NCBI GenBank assembly: GCA_964016885.1
Contig: OZ024741.1
Location: 26,660,001-26,724,000, forward strand
DNA: 64,000 bases
Origin: Eledone cirrhosa
Taxonomy: Eukaryota
Reading direction: 5' to 3'
In this document: piece after piece, positions 30,805 through 42,482 of the stretch
How positions within the stretch are numbered: position 1 is the stretch's first letter
Layout of the letters: every line of letters begins with the position of its first letter
The notes under the pieces: generated by a model
What the model saw: only the letters and a program-made list of their open reading frames with translations
Told to the model about the DNA's origin: nothing
Database searches by the model: none
Translations under genes and position numbers: made by a program

Positions 30805-31229
30805 TATCCAAAACTTTATCAATTTAGAATCTTTTTCTCAAAGGCACATATATATATACTTCTTTAAAAATATACCCATCTTTCTACCTTATTTCAAAGT
30901 TATTTATTATACATTATATAATACTTGTTACTCATTCTATATCACTCCTATTTATCACTTCCCTTTCTTCATTTTCCCTTTCTTCTCTTTTTCTTTTAAT
31001 GTCTAACCCCTAATCTGTACCTTTTCTCACTGTTGCCTAACATAGAAACAATTATTACACAATACAATACATTCTTACTTTATATTACCTTGCAAAATCC
31101 TTCGTAAACATAAACATTTTTTGACGTTAGATTATTCATCCTCAATTCATTATTTTTTTCTCCCTTTCATCTAACTTACTCATGCTCATCTCACAATATA
31201 TCCTTACTTACATTACTTGTTGTTCTTTT

Positions 31230-31400
31230 TAATAATACATATCAACATTTTCTTTCCATCGCACATATTATTAAACCCTTAAATATTATTCTTAATACAT
31301 ATTAACATTTTCTTTCCATCGCACATATTATTAAACCCTTAAATATTATTCTTAATACATATTAACATTTTCTTTTCATCGCACATATTATTAAATCCTT
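31230..31400 (+). repeat. About three 60-bp tandem repeats in the PLE 3' UTR
   Basis: aacattttctttccatcgcacatattattaaaccct occurs three times; also at 27470-27630(-) and 53595-53765. Confidence 0.85.
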
Positions 31401-31747
31401 CAATATACAAACCTTAACTTTACATTATTTTTCTCTTCGTTAATTTTCAAATTCTTTTAATTTATACATTATCTTCCAACGGTTTTTCAACCTCTCTATG
31501 TAAAACTATATATTTCTCTCAGTTATAAAAGCTATCTCTCTCTCTCTATCAGCCATCTCTCCTCCTATTTCATCCTTCCTCATTATACTCCTCCCTCTCC
31601 ACCTTTTACTCTCATCTCCTCCTCTTTTTCACCCCCCCCCCACATTTTTTTTCCCAATATCACACATCAATCTAAAACTACTTTTCATATGTTGATTTAA
31701 AACTGCACTATCCACAAGTGTTTTTTAACCTTCATATCATGTCTTCC

Positions 31748-31818
31748 TATTTTATCTGATGAAAACACAAATATTATTGCATGATGATATTTGTTTTTGA
31801 AATGCGCATAATAAAATA
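31748..31818 (+). ncRNA. Minimal type I hammerhead ribozyme in the 3' pLTR
   Basis: Identical to 28193-28263. Confidence 0.88.
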
Positions 31819-31952
31819 CATGGAACTCTTTTAACCATCTTTTGTTCTTATATATTATGTATACTCCAGTCCTACAAACTGTAGAGTGCTTCTTATCCGA
31901 TATCTGCATTGCTTTATTGTACTACAATAAAACTCACCTCCTACATATATGC

Positions 31953-31983
<31 letters not shown>

Positions 31984-32191
31984 TATGTATATGTATATAT
32001 GTATATGTATATATATGTATATGTATATATATGTATATGTATATATGTATATGTATATATATATGTATATATATATATGTATATGTATGTATATATATAT
32101 GTATATGTATGTATATATATATATATATGTATGTATATATATATATATGTATGTATATATATATATATATGTATGTATGTATATATATATG

Positions 32192-32373
<182 letters not shown>

Positions 32374-32406
32374 TATATATATAATATATATATATATATA
32401 ATATAT

Positions 32407-32863
<457 letters not shown>

Positions 32864-33331
32864 TATATGTATGTATATATATATATGTATATATATGTAT
32901 GTATATATATATATATGTATATATATGTATGTATATATATATATGTATATGTATATATGTATATATGTATATAAATATATGTATATATATATGTATATAT
33001 ATATGTATATATATATATATATATATGGTAAGGTTTTATACCTTATCGAGTGGTTGGCTGTACTTATGATTGCATTCGTCGGCTTAGCTGCGGCTCGAGC
33101 TTCGAATATTTGTACTTCCATTTGTGTATATATATATCACGATAAATTACGATAAATTAACGGAGCCATAGGCCCTCGCCATTCCCTGTAAATAATGTGC
33201 TGAAAGGAGAAGAAATCCTGAGCTCTTTAAAATACAATATGTTGCAAAGGTAACATACAGTGCGCTATCAATAAAATGGGGAAAAAAACCACCAGTGTAT
33301 GGAATCTATAACTGTATATCTCTCTCTGGTG

Positions 33332-33367
<36 letters not shown>

Positions 33368-33672
33368 TATAAGATCAAAAGATGGTTAAAAGAGTTCCAT
33401 GTATTTTATTATGCGCATTTCAAAAACAAATATCATCATGGGATGATATTTGCGTTCTAATCAGATAAAATAGGAAGATATGATATGAAGCTTAAAAAAC
33501 ACTTTTATCTGATGAGTACGCAAATATCATCCCATGATGATATTTTGAAATGCGCATAATAAAATACATGGAACTCTTTTAACCTTATATTATTTATACT
33601 CCAGTCCTATAAACTGTTGAGTGCTACTTATCTGATATTTGCATTGCTTTATTATAACTCACCTCCTACATT
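33368..33672. mobile_element. Solo inverted pLTR pair of PLE family 1 with two back-to-back hammerhead motifs
   Basis: Minus-strand HHR at 33402-33472 (core CTGATTA) and plus-strand HHR at 33503-33564 (CTGATGA...GAAAtgcgcaTA); homologous to 28140-28390. Confidence 0.85.
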
Positions 33673-33728
33673 ATATATATACATATATATATATATACAT
33701 ATATATATATACATATATATAGACATAT

Positions 33729-33775
<47 letters not shown>

Positions 33776-33776
33776 T

Positions 33777-33836
<60 letters not shown>

Positions 33837-33906
33837 TATATATAATATATAATATATAATATATATATATATATATATATAATATATAATATATATAATA
33901 TATAAT

Positions 33907-34029
<123 letters not shown>

Positions 34030-34081
34030 ATATAATATATATATATAATATATATATATAATATATATATATATATAATAT

Positions 34082-34172
<91 letters not shown>

Positions 34173-34186
34173 TATATATATATAAT

Positions 34187-34220
<34 letters not shown>

Positions 34221-34256
34221 ATATATATATATATATATAATATATATATATATAAT

Positions 34257-34319
<63 letters not shown>

Positions 34320-34356
34320 GAAAGATTTGAATGGATACAGTTTAGTTGAAAGGAAT

Positions 34357-34473
34357 TTATTGACACGTGTTTCTATAACAGTTACATAACCTAAAACAGC
34401 TATCTACAAACTTTTAGTTATGCAGACATTCAATATTTCAATGTTATTATTTACTGTCATTTCATCAGAATAA
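34357..34473 (-). ncRNA. Type I hammerhead ribozyme with extended (about 88 nt) stem II
   Basis: Minus strand: ttatt-CTGATGA-a-atgacagt...actgttat-a-GAAA-cacgtg-TC-aataa. Confidence 0.7.
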
Positions 34474-35042
34474 TATTACTGAGGACCTATTTAGTTTTTA
34501 TAGAGAATATTAGGAGGGAGGGGTGAAGTTGTTAGAAGAATAGTTGAAGGAGTGGTTTTTCGATAGCAGTGAGAATTCTTGGTGGCAGTGAGTAATTAGA
34601 TTCCCATCTGTTGTTTTGACATTTTTTATAGAATATATTATTGGTTATTTTTCTAAATCTATAGAAGGATTAGAGATAGTAAAGATATGCGTGGTTGGTT
34701 TTGTGTTTGCACTTAACATTCAGACTTAAATTTTTCTTTCAAGTGTACGTATTCTTTCACCCACGCATTCACACACAAATATATTTGCACACCTCTACAA
34801 AATACATATACTCACAATTCACATATTCATACTTACATATATATACACATGCATACACATATATATACACACATGTATTCATGTACATACATACGCGCTC
34901 ATGTGTATACATTTTCATACTCAACTTATCTTTATATATACACACGTATAGACACACACATATATACATACACACTCTAGTCCATGTGTACACACATACA
35001 CATACATACACATCCATATACACATACATACATACACATATA

Positions 35043-35094
<52 letters not shown>

Positions 35095-35425
35095 AACATA
35101 CATATACATATATACACACATATACATATACACACACACATATATATATATATAAGCACTTTAATACATGAATACACTTACATCTAACTATACACATCAA
35201 ACATATATATATATATTTACTTATTTATATACATTTTCACATATATATACATACTTATGGACGTTTTTAGACACATTCATTATCGCATATTTGTACCTAT
35301 TCTCATCAGCATATCTTTTCATTATTAGTATGGTAATTTAAGGTTATTAATATATGTTGAGAAGAGATTGTTTTTATATTTTTCTAACTAGATTAAGGTT
35401 TATATAGTTGGGGGATGTCCCTCTT

Positions 35426-37606
35426 TTATGTAATATTCTGCTTGTAGTGGGAAAAAAGGGTTTTAGTTCTGTGACGGCAGAATAATGTTCGTTCAATTCT
35501 GTTATTCAGCAGTTTCTTCTTGTGTGTGATTATGTAATAAATCTCAAGATTACACAATTTGCAGAAATTTTGGCTCCTGGAAAAGCTTTGGGTTTTAGCT
35601 AATTTTTCCCATTTTAGGGTAAACTTTTGATTGCTATCCCTGAGCGTCCAAGCTTTTTCTGCTAAAGTTGTTACATTTCTTTGGCTCTGGTGTTTTATTG
35701 AGTAAGAATGCCTATACAATCGAGATTTAAACGATGTTGCCGTTGATCCCACGTAATACCACTCGTTGCCTCCGGATTTAATGGTACACTTATAAATAAT
35801 ATTTTTTTCCAGGCAGTTATTGCCGAGGGGGCAGTTGTCAGGATAGGTGCAGTTACAGTTGTGTACGTTGGGTTTTCTCTGGAGTAGTATTGCGGACGAA
35901 CTTAGGTGTGGTTTATTTATGTTCTGTAGTGTATTGTCTACAGTTTTTTTGGGGTTCTTTGTACTTAAGTTCTTAGTGTTTTCGTTTAACCTTCTAGTAT
36001 TGATCTTTTTTATGTGTTGTTCAAGGTTTAACGCTGTAGAGTATGACAGTCTTATAGTGGTAGGGTTTAGGATTTTGTGGTATTTGTGTGATGTGGGAAA
36101 ATGTCTTTTAATTATTTTAAAGAAGAGTACTGGTAAATTTGTACTAATGGAGCTATTGTATTCGGGGTTATACCATAAGTACTCTTTGCATCGCTTTCTA
36201 TTAGTTTTGTTTGTTGGTTTACTGGTGTGCATACTATGGTAGTAAGTGTGGTTTGGTGTTGTGTTATTATATCTACCTATGTGGGATTTATTTTGGGTGT
36301 TTTGATTGTTCCCATCTATGTACTCTATTTTGTTGAGGTAGCCTGCTTTACTAAGGGCGTTATCGTAGTACTCGGCGTGTTCCTTAAATACTTGTATGTT
36401 AGAAGATAGACCCGAGATTCTAAGGGAAATATTTTTAGGGATAGATTTAATTATAGAGATGGGGTGGTTAGACCCAACATTTACGTATTTGAGATTTTCA
36501 TTCAATTTATGAAACGGTTTAATCAAACCAGAGTTTAAATTGAGTGTGACATCCAGGAAGTTAACTACTTTAAGGTTGTATTCATATGTTATAGTTAGTC
36601 CTATTTCGAGTAGTAGTTTTCTTATATCTTTGCGTAGTTTTTCTAGTTTTTGGTTATTAAGGTTTTTAGCTAGGAGGAGAACATCGTCGCGGTATATTCC
36701 GCCGTGGAGATTGCTGAATTTTTCCTGGAGTCTAAAGGCGATAAATAACCCCACAATATCAGTTATTTCCGCCGAATCGTTAGAGCCCATTGTTATGTCA
36801 AAGTTAGAGGGTCTATCTTTACTTACCCAATAACTGTTCTCAAATTTGACTATAGTTTTCCTAGCTTCTAATATAATCTTAATTTCATCGTTTGTAAGGT
36901 CAGAGTTATCCTTAGCAAACTTAATGGCTCTATTCAAAGTTTCAGGTGATATCGATGAGTAATATTCATCGATATCAAACTGGATAAACTTAGATTTATT
37001 CTTATTGCTAATGCTATTAAACCATCTTATTGCTTCTTGGGTCTTCCCCCAGAGTTTAATGTTAACCTTAGCCTTAATTTGGGGGATGATTCTATCTAAG
37101 ATATATTTGCTTATTTTACCTATATCTGATTTAGAGGGGCAGATTAATCTAATTTTAGGGTCATTATCAAAGTTTACCTTGTGGTCCTTAAGATTGAAGG
37201 TGGGTACCGCCGGTAAGAGTGGTCCTGTCCTATCTTCGATTCCGAGATTTTTCACTATTTCGCATGCCTCATCATTGATGTGCTTAAGGGTTACTTCACT
37301 CGTTTTTCTATATTTTTTATGTAATTCTTTTCGAATGAAGTTGTTGTATGTAGTGCAATCCATAGTGTACAGGTTTGATGTTTTGTCCGCTTTTACTACA
37401 ATTCCTTTGGTGTTTTTAAGGTCGTCCAGTAGTTTTTTTATATCTTTCTGTAATTTGCTGTTGGTGTTGCGTCCTTTGAATTTAATTTTAAGGATTAAGT
37501 TCATAAGGTCCTGCTCAAATGCATCTAATAGTGGGTTGGTGGGTGGGTTTTTACAAGTCCTAAAACCGAATTTGTTGTTTACACCACTTTCTAATGTTGA
37601 GTTCAT
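35426..37606 (-). CDS. PLE polyprotein (RT plus GIY-YIG), uninterrupted but N-terminally truncated
   Basis: 726-aa ORF: KADKT, QFDIDEYY, ITMGS, IYRDD, NFLDV, CNC...CPL, IIY...YVG, CKLCNLE, CRH; the frame stays open upstream (WKTLHY) to the TA tract. Confidence 0.88.
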   Translation of the reverse strand: MNSTLESGVNNKFGFRTCKNPPTNPLLDAFEQDLMNLILKIKFKGRNTNSKLQKDIKKLLDDLKNTKGIVVKADKTSNLYTMDCTTYNNFIRKELHKKYRKTSEVTLKHINDEACEIVKNLGIEDRTGPLLPAVPTFNLKDHKVNFDNDPKIRLICPSKSDIGKISKYILDRIIPQIKAKVNIKLWGKTQEAIRWFNSISNKNKSKFIQFDIDEYYSSISPETLNRAIKFAKDNSDLTNDEIKIILEARKTIVKFENSYWVSKDRPSNFDITMGSNDSAEITDIVGLFIAFRLQEKFSNLHGGIYRDDVLLLAKNLNNQKLEKLRKDIRKLLLEIGLTITYEYNLKVVNFLDVTLNLNSGLIKPFHKLNENLKYVNVGSNHPISIIKSIPKNISLRISGLSSNIQVFKEHAEYYDNALSKAGYLNKIEYIDGNNQNTQNKSHIGRYNNTTPNHTYYHSMHTSKPTNKTNRKRCKEYLWYNPEYNSSISTNLPVLFFKIIKRHFPTSHKYHKILNPTTIRLSYSTALNLEQHIKKINTRRLNENTKNLSTKNPKKTVDNTLQNINKPHLSSSAILLQRKPNVHNCNCTYPDNCPLGNNCLEKNIIYKCTIKSGGNEWYYVGSTATSFKSRLYRHSYSIKHQSQRNVTTLAEKAWTLRDSNQKFTLKWEKLAKTQSFSRSQNFCKLCNLEIYYIITHKKKLLNNRIERTLFCRHRTKTLFSHYKQNIT

Positions 37607-37639
37607 ACGGCTTCTATCATAGTGGAGCGTTTTCCATAT

Positions 37640-37693
<54 letters not shown>

Positions 37694-37696
<3 letters not shown>

Positions 37697-38090
37697 TCAT
37701 CATCATCAACGTTTAACGTCCGTGTTCCACGCTTGCATGGGTTTGGACGGGGGTAGTCCCACTTGAGGCAAGAGTGATTGTCTTGCTCGCATAGGACTGT
37801 CTGGCAGGTTTTCTACAGTTGGATGCCCTTCCTAACACCAACCACATTTACAGTGTGGGTCTGGGAGGTTTTTACCGTGTTGCCTACACGGCCACATTAC
37901 AGCGTGGACTGTGTGTTTTTTTGTCGTGACACCTACACGATCTCATTTGTTTCGGCCTGGATGGTGTGGCACCAACATAACTTTACATAGAAGGGGGTGG
38001 TGTGGATGGGGTGGGGGTGGTGGGACGGGGGGTGGTATTTTGTTAGAGATGCCTACTGGCTGTAGTAGGTTTTACTATGTATTTAGGTAA
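37694..38090 (-). mobile_element. RTE family A 3' UTR-only copy
   Basis: Reverse complement of about 40690-41090. Confidence 0.9.
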
Positions 38091-38129
38091 GATATATAAT
38101 ATATATATATATATAATATATATATATCG

Positions 38130-41097
38130 AAATCCATGGAGGCTATGGGTTTGGTACTAGAAATGAGGAAGGCTCCAGAATCCTGGAATTCTGTGATGCA
38201 AATAACCTAACTATCTGTAACACTAACTTCAAAAAACGTGACAATCACCTGATCACCTATAGATCCGGGGAACACACAAGCCAGGTAGATTATATCCTTA
38301 CCAGAAGACGTGACAGAGTGTCTGTTGTTAACACTAAATCCCTCCCCCATGAAGAATGCACCTCCCAACATAGACTGATAATTAGCGACCTCATAGTCAG
38401 GACGAGACGTACTCGACAACAGAAGAGGACTATCCTCAGGAGGAAAATATGGAAGTTAAAGGACCCCACAGCCAGGAATAAATTTCAAAGCATATTACTT
38501 GATGCTTTCGACAGTAAGGAAGAACATTTAGAGTCGGACAATATAGAGGGAGAGTGGGAATTTCTGAAAGCAAACCTGCTGTTGGCGACAGACGAGGTCT
38601 GTGGCTGGAGCAGGCCTGTAGGCAGGAGGAGAGTAACATGGTGGTGGAACAGTAAGGTGGAGGGGTCAATTAAGGCCAAAAAGCAGGCTTGGAAAGTATG
38701 GCGGGATGGGGGAAGTAGAGAGGACTATCAAGTGGCCAGGAGGGAAGCTAGGAGACAAGTGTACTTAGCAAGAAGGGAAGCTGAGGAAAGAAAGTTCAAG
38801 CATGTTCTACAACGCGATGACCAAAAACGTGAGGTGTTCAGGATTGCTAGGCAATGCGTCAAGGAAAACCGTGATATTGTCGGGGAGAAGTGTGTACTAA
38901 ACGACGATGGCACACTTGCCATCACCGACGCTGATAAGAAGGTAGCTTGGAAGTGTCACTATGAAAGGCTTCTAAATGAGGAGAATAATTGGGAGAAAGG
39001 CAGTCTCCCCCATATCGACCCAATAGAGGGACCAGCAGTGTTAGTCGAGGGGAGTATAATAAGTAAGGCAATCAAGGATATGAAGACTGGTAAGGCGGCT
39101 GGGCCTTCGGAAATAGTTGCTGAGATGCTGAAGGCATCTGGCACGGTGGGACACACCATGGTCACCCGCATAGTTAACCAAGTCGTACAAAACGGGGTTG
39201 TTCCGAAGGACTGGCATAGCAGCATCATCGTTAACTGTTATAAGGGTAAAGGAGACGCCCTAGATAGGAGTAACTATAGAGGCATTAAATTAATCGACCA
39301 GGTCATGAAGGTCACGGAAAGAGTAATAGCGCAACTAATCAGAGAGAGAATTGACCTAGATGAAATGCAGTTCGGGTTTGTGTCAGGCAAAAGTACCACA
39401 GACGCTCTTTTCATAGTACGACAACTACAAGAGAAGTACCTAGCTAAAGGTAAACCCCTCTACTTAGCTTTTGTCGACTTGGAGAAAGCCTTCGACAGAG
39501 TCCCCCGCTCCATTATCTGGTGGGCTCTTAGAAAACTAGGCGTTGACGAATGGCTTGTGAGGGCTATACAAGCCATGTATAAAGAAACAGTCAGCAAGGT
39601 TAGAATTAACAACGAATATAGTGAAGAGTTTAGCGTAAAAGTCGGCGTCCATCAGGGCTCTGTTCTCAGTCCACTACTATTTATTATTGCCCTTCAGGCC
39701 ATAACAGAGGAGTTCAAGACAGGCTGCCCATGGGAACTCCTATACGCAGACGACCTGACACTCATAGCGGAATCAATGGCCGAGCTAGAGAAGAAATTCC
39801 AAACATGGAAGCACGGCCTAGAGTCAAAAGGACTTAAAATTAACCTGGCTAAGACCAAAGTACTAGTTTGTAGGAAAGAAAACAAGGCGGCGGTCCCTTC
39901 TGGGAAATGGTCGTGCTCGGTGTGTAGGAAAGGCGTAGGTAGAAACTCCATTTTATGTCCTAAATGCAAAGTATGGGTGCATAAAAGATGTAGTGGGATC
40001 ACAGGTAGGCTAACTAAGAACATAGATTTTACATGTGGCCGGTGCTCTGGTGCAATAAGTAGCAGCAAGTGCCCACAAACTACTAGCTCTTTCAATTGCG
40101 CAGAGGGTTCTATAGAAATAGTGGACAGCTTCCGTTACCTGGGCGATAAAATCAGCAGTGGGGGAGGGTGCTCTGAAAGTACTGTAGCTAGAGTCAGAAC
40201 TGGTTGGAAAAAGTTCAGAGAGCTTATACCACTATTAGCTGCTAAAGGGTTCTCACTAAAAATGAAAGGCAGGTTGTACGATGCCTGCATACGAACAGCA
40301 ATGCTGCATGGCAGTGAGACCTGGGCATTGTGTGCAGAGGATATACGCAGACTAGAGAGGAACGAAGCTTGCATGCTCCGCTGGATGTGTAACAGTAATA
40401 TACGTGAACGGCAAAGCATAAACGAACTAAGGAATAAATTAGAGATAAGAGGGATCAGATGTTGTTTACTCGAGAGAAGGCTACGTTGGTATGGACACGT
40501 GATGCGCATGAAAGTCGATAGCTGTATAACAAAGTGCAGGGCAATAAAGATAGACGGTAGTCACGGAATAGGCAGACCTAGAAAAACCTGGGACGAGCTG
40601 ATAAACTCCGACATCACACACTTACACCTCTCCAAGACAATGTCACTGGACCGAGACCTTTGGCGGTACTCAGTAACAGAGAAGACCCGCCTTACCTAAA
40701 TATATAGTAAAACCTACTCCAGCCAGTAGGCATCTCTAACAAATACACCCCGTCCCACCACCCCCACCCGATCCACACCACCCCGTTCTATGTAAAGTTA
40801 TGTTGGTGCCGCGCCATCGAGGCCGAAACAAATGAGATCGTGTAGGTGTCACGACAAAAAAACACACAGTCCACGCTGTAATGTGGCCGTGTAGGCAACA
40901 CGGTAAAAACCTCCCAGACCCACACTGTAAATGTGGTTGGTGTTAGGAAGGGCATCCAACTGTAGAAAACCTGCCAGACAGTCCTATGCGAGCAAGACAA
41001 TCACTCTTGCCTCAAGTGGGACTACCCCCGTCCAAACCCATGCAAGCGTGGAACACGGACGTTAAACGCTGATGATGATGATGATGATGATGATGAT
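38130..41097 (+). mobile_element. RTE LINE family A, 5'-truncated within the APE domain
   Basis: Long intact ORF, about 400-nt 3' UTR, (GAT)n tail, flanked by (TA)n. Confidence 0.95.
38132..40699 (+). CDS. RTE ORF (partial APE endonuclease, RT, PHD-type finger), 5'-partial
   Basis: Frame open from IHGGYGFG through [34 protein letters not shown]4HC3, YLG and RRLRWYGHV. Confidence 0.9.
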   Translation: MHGGYGFGTRNEEGSRILEFCDANNLTICNTNFKKRDNHLITYRSGEHTSQVDYILTRRRDRVSVVNTKSLPHEECTSQHRLIISDLIVRTRRTRQQKRTILRRKIWKLKDPTARNKFQSILLDAFDSKEEHLESDNIEGEWEFLKANLLLATDEVCGWSRPVGRRRVTWWWNSKVEGSIKAKKQAWKVWRDGGSREDYQVARREARRQVYLARREAEERKFKHVLQRDDQKREVFRIARQCVKENRDIVGEKCVLNDDGTLAITDADKKVAWKCHYERLLNEENNWEKGSLPHIDPIEGPAVLVEGSIISKAIKDMKTGKAAGPSEIVAEMLKASGTVGHTMVTRIVNQVVQNGVVPKDWHSSIIVNCYKGKGDALDRSNYRGIKLIDQVMKVTERVIAQLIRERIDLDEMQFGFVSGKSTTDALFIVRQLQEKYLAKGKPLYLAFVDLEKAFDRVPRSIIWWALRKLGVDEWLVRAIQAMYKETVSKVRINNEYSEEFSVKVGVHQGSVLSPLLFIIALQAITEEFKTGCPWELLYADDLTLIAESMAELEKKFQTWKHGLESKGLKINLAKTKVLVCRKENKAAVPSGKWSCSVCRKGVGRNSILCPKCKVWVHKRCSGITGRLTKNIDFTCGRCSGAISSSKCPQTTSSFNCAEGSIEIVDSFRYLGDKISSGGGCSESTVARVRTGWKKFRELIPLLAAKGFSLKMKGRLYDACIRTAMLHGSETWALCAEDIRRLERNEACMLRWMCNSNIRERQSINELRNKLEIRGIRCCLLERRLRWYGHVMRMKVDSCITKCRAIKIDGSHGIGRPRKTWDELINSDITHLHLSKTMSLDRDLWRYSVTEKTRLT

Positions 41098-41149
41098 ATA
41101 TATATAATATATATATATATATAATATATATATATATATCTATATCTAT

Positions 41150-41975
41150 CTAAGGCGGGTAAAATTAAAGAGATCCATGGACGAGTTCTCTCCAGCGGTC
41201 TCTGTCCCTCGTTATCGCTGCCATGTCCTGCGTCTCCAACAGACCAGTGTCTGTCCTTAGGGCATCAACATACGTTAACCTTGGTCTTCCTCTTCTAGTG
41301 TGTCCATGTAGGGGCTCCCAAAGGAGCACTGAGTGCAATGTCAACTCTGGATGTCGGTGAGCATGTCCAGCTAACCTCAGTTTCCTCTGTGTCACTTTTG
41401 AGCTGACTTTTGGGATGCTCCCATACAGCTCTGAGTTTTTCATCCTCAGTGTATACTGATTAATGTTCAGAGCCATCCTCAGCATTCTCGTGTAGCACCC
41501 ATCCACCATCTGAGTGAGTTTCTTGGTCAGTGTCCAAGTCTCAGACCCATACAGCAGCACTGACTCCACTACAGCGCCTTGCACTGGAGAAACACCAGGA
41601 CTCTGGCTTTGCTGTAGCACCGGCTCAGAGCAGGAGAGTTAGGGCGAAAAAGGTATCGGATGCTGAATTTGCCGACGACATAGTTTTGGTGACAAATACA
41701 GTGAAGGAGGCAGGGGATTTGATGCGGGAGGTTGAGACTGTGTCGATGAGTGTGGGGCTGAGAATGAATGAGACTAAAACAAAATATCTGGTAGAGAATG
41801 TTGAGAAACCAGAGGGGATCACTAATGTAGGCGGGAAGCCGCTGGAATTGGTTGAGGACTTCCTGTATTTGGGAGCAAAGATTGGGAATACGGAAGATGA
41901 TGTGGTTGAGAGGAAGAGCAAGGCCTGGGCGGCGTGCCACAGCTTGAGATCGGTGTGGAAGTCGGACCTTCGTAG
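41150..41975 (-). mobile_element. RTE-clade LINE family D, truncated with a 5' inversion
   Basis: 41165-41580(-) encodes VESVLLYGSETW..LRLAGH..GRP; 41575-41975(+) encodes FADDI..KTKYL..FLYLG..VWKS. Confidence 0.85.
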
Positions 41976-41999
41976 AGATATATATATATATATAATATA

Positions 42000-42037
<38 letters not shown>

Positions 42038-42041
42038 ATTA

Positions 42042-42265
42042 GTGAAGGCGTGTGGCTGAGTGGTTAGAGAATTGGATTCGCAATCGTAAGGTTGTGAGTT
42101 CGATTCCTGGACCAGGCGATGCGTTATGTCCTTGAGCAAGACACTTTATTTCACGTTGCTCCTTCTACCTGGAGTTGCGACTGATAGATAGTATTAGCAA
42201 TTGGAAAGACCAACGGAAACATTGTACCTTCGGTCCGATTTGACGAAAGTCGATCGTTCCTTTAT
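42042..42265 (+). mobile_element. tRNA-derived SINE, family 2
   Basis: gtgaaggcgtgtggctgagtggttagag...gagttcgattcc; shares ccttgagcaagacactttatttcac with family 1 but has a different 3' end. Confidence 0.88.
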
Positions 42266-42482
42266 ATATATATTATATATTATATATATATATTATATAT
42301 ATATATATATTATATATTATATATATATATATATATGTGTATATCTATATGTTCTAAATAATCTCCTCTTTGCTATCCTATAATTCTGTCTCACTGTCCT
42401 AAATAATCTTCTCCACGTTTGTTCTAAATAATCTTCTCTTTGCTAACTACCCCATACCCCTCCCCCCGCCCCCACTCTCCAC

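Larger units (their letters stand above)
27170..31945 (+). mobile_element. Penelope-like element, family 1 (Naiad-like): inverted 5' segment, pLTR, ORF, 3' UTR, pLTR
   Basis: Direct repeats at about 28115-28390 and 31670-31945; 27170-28115 is the reverse complement of the 3' region; RT plus GIY-YIG ORF. Confidence 0.93.
34320..37637 (-). mobile_element. Penelope-like element, family 2 (Naiad-like), 5'-truncated
   Basis: RT plus GIY-YIG ORF, a long 3' region and an HHR near the 3' end; bounded by (TA)n on both sides. Confidence 0.88.

Noticed and set aside
37005-37622. Antisense ORFs over PLE and RTE coding regions (also 25569-26801 and 48983-49612)
   Set aside because: These are shadow frames of the real TE ORFs, with no recognisable motifs.
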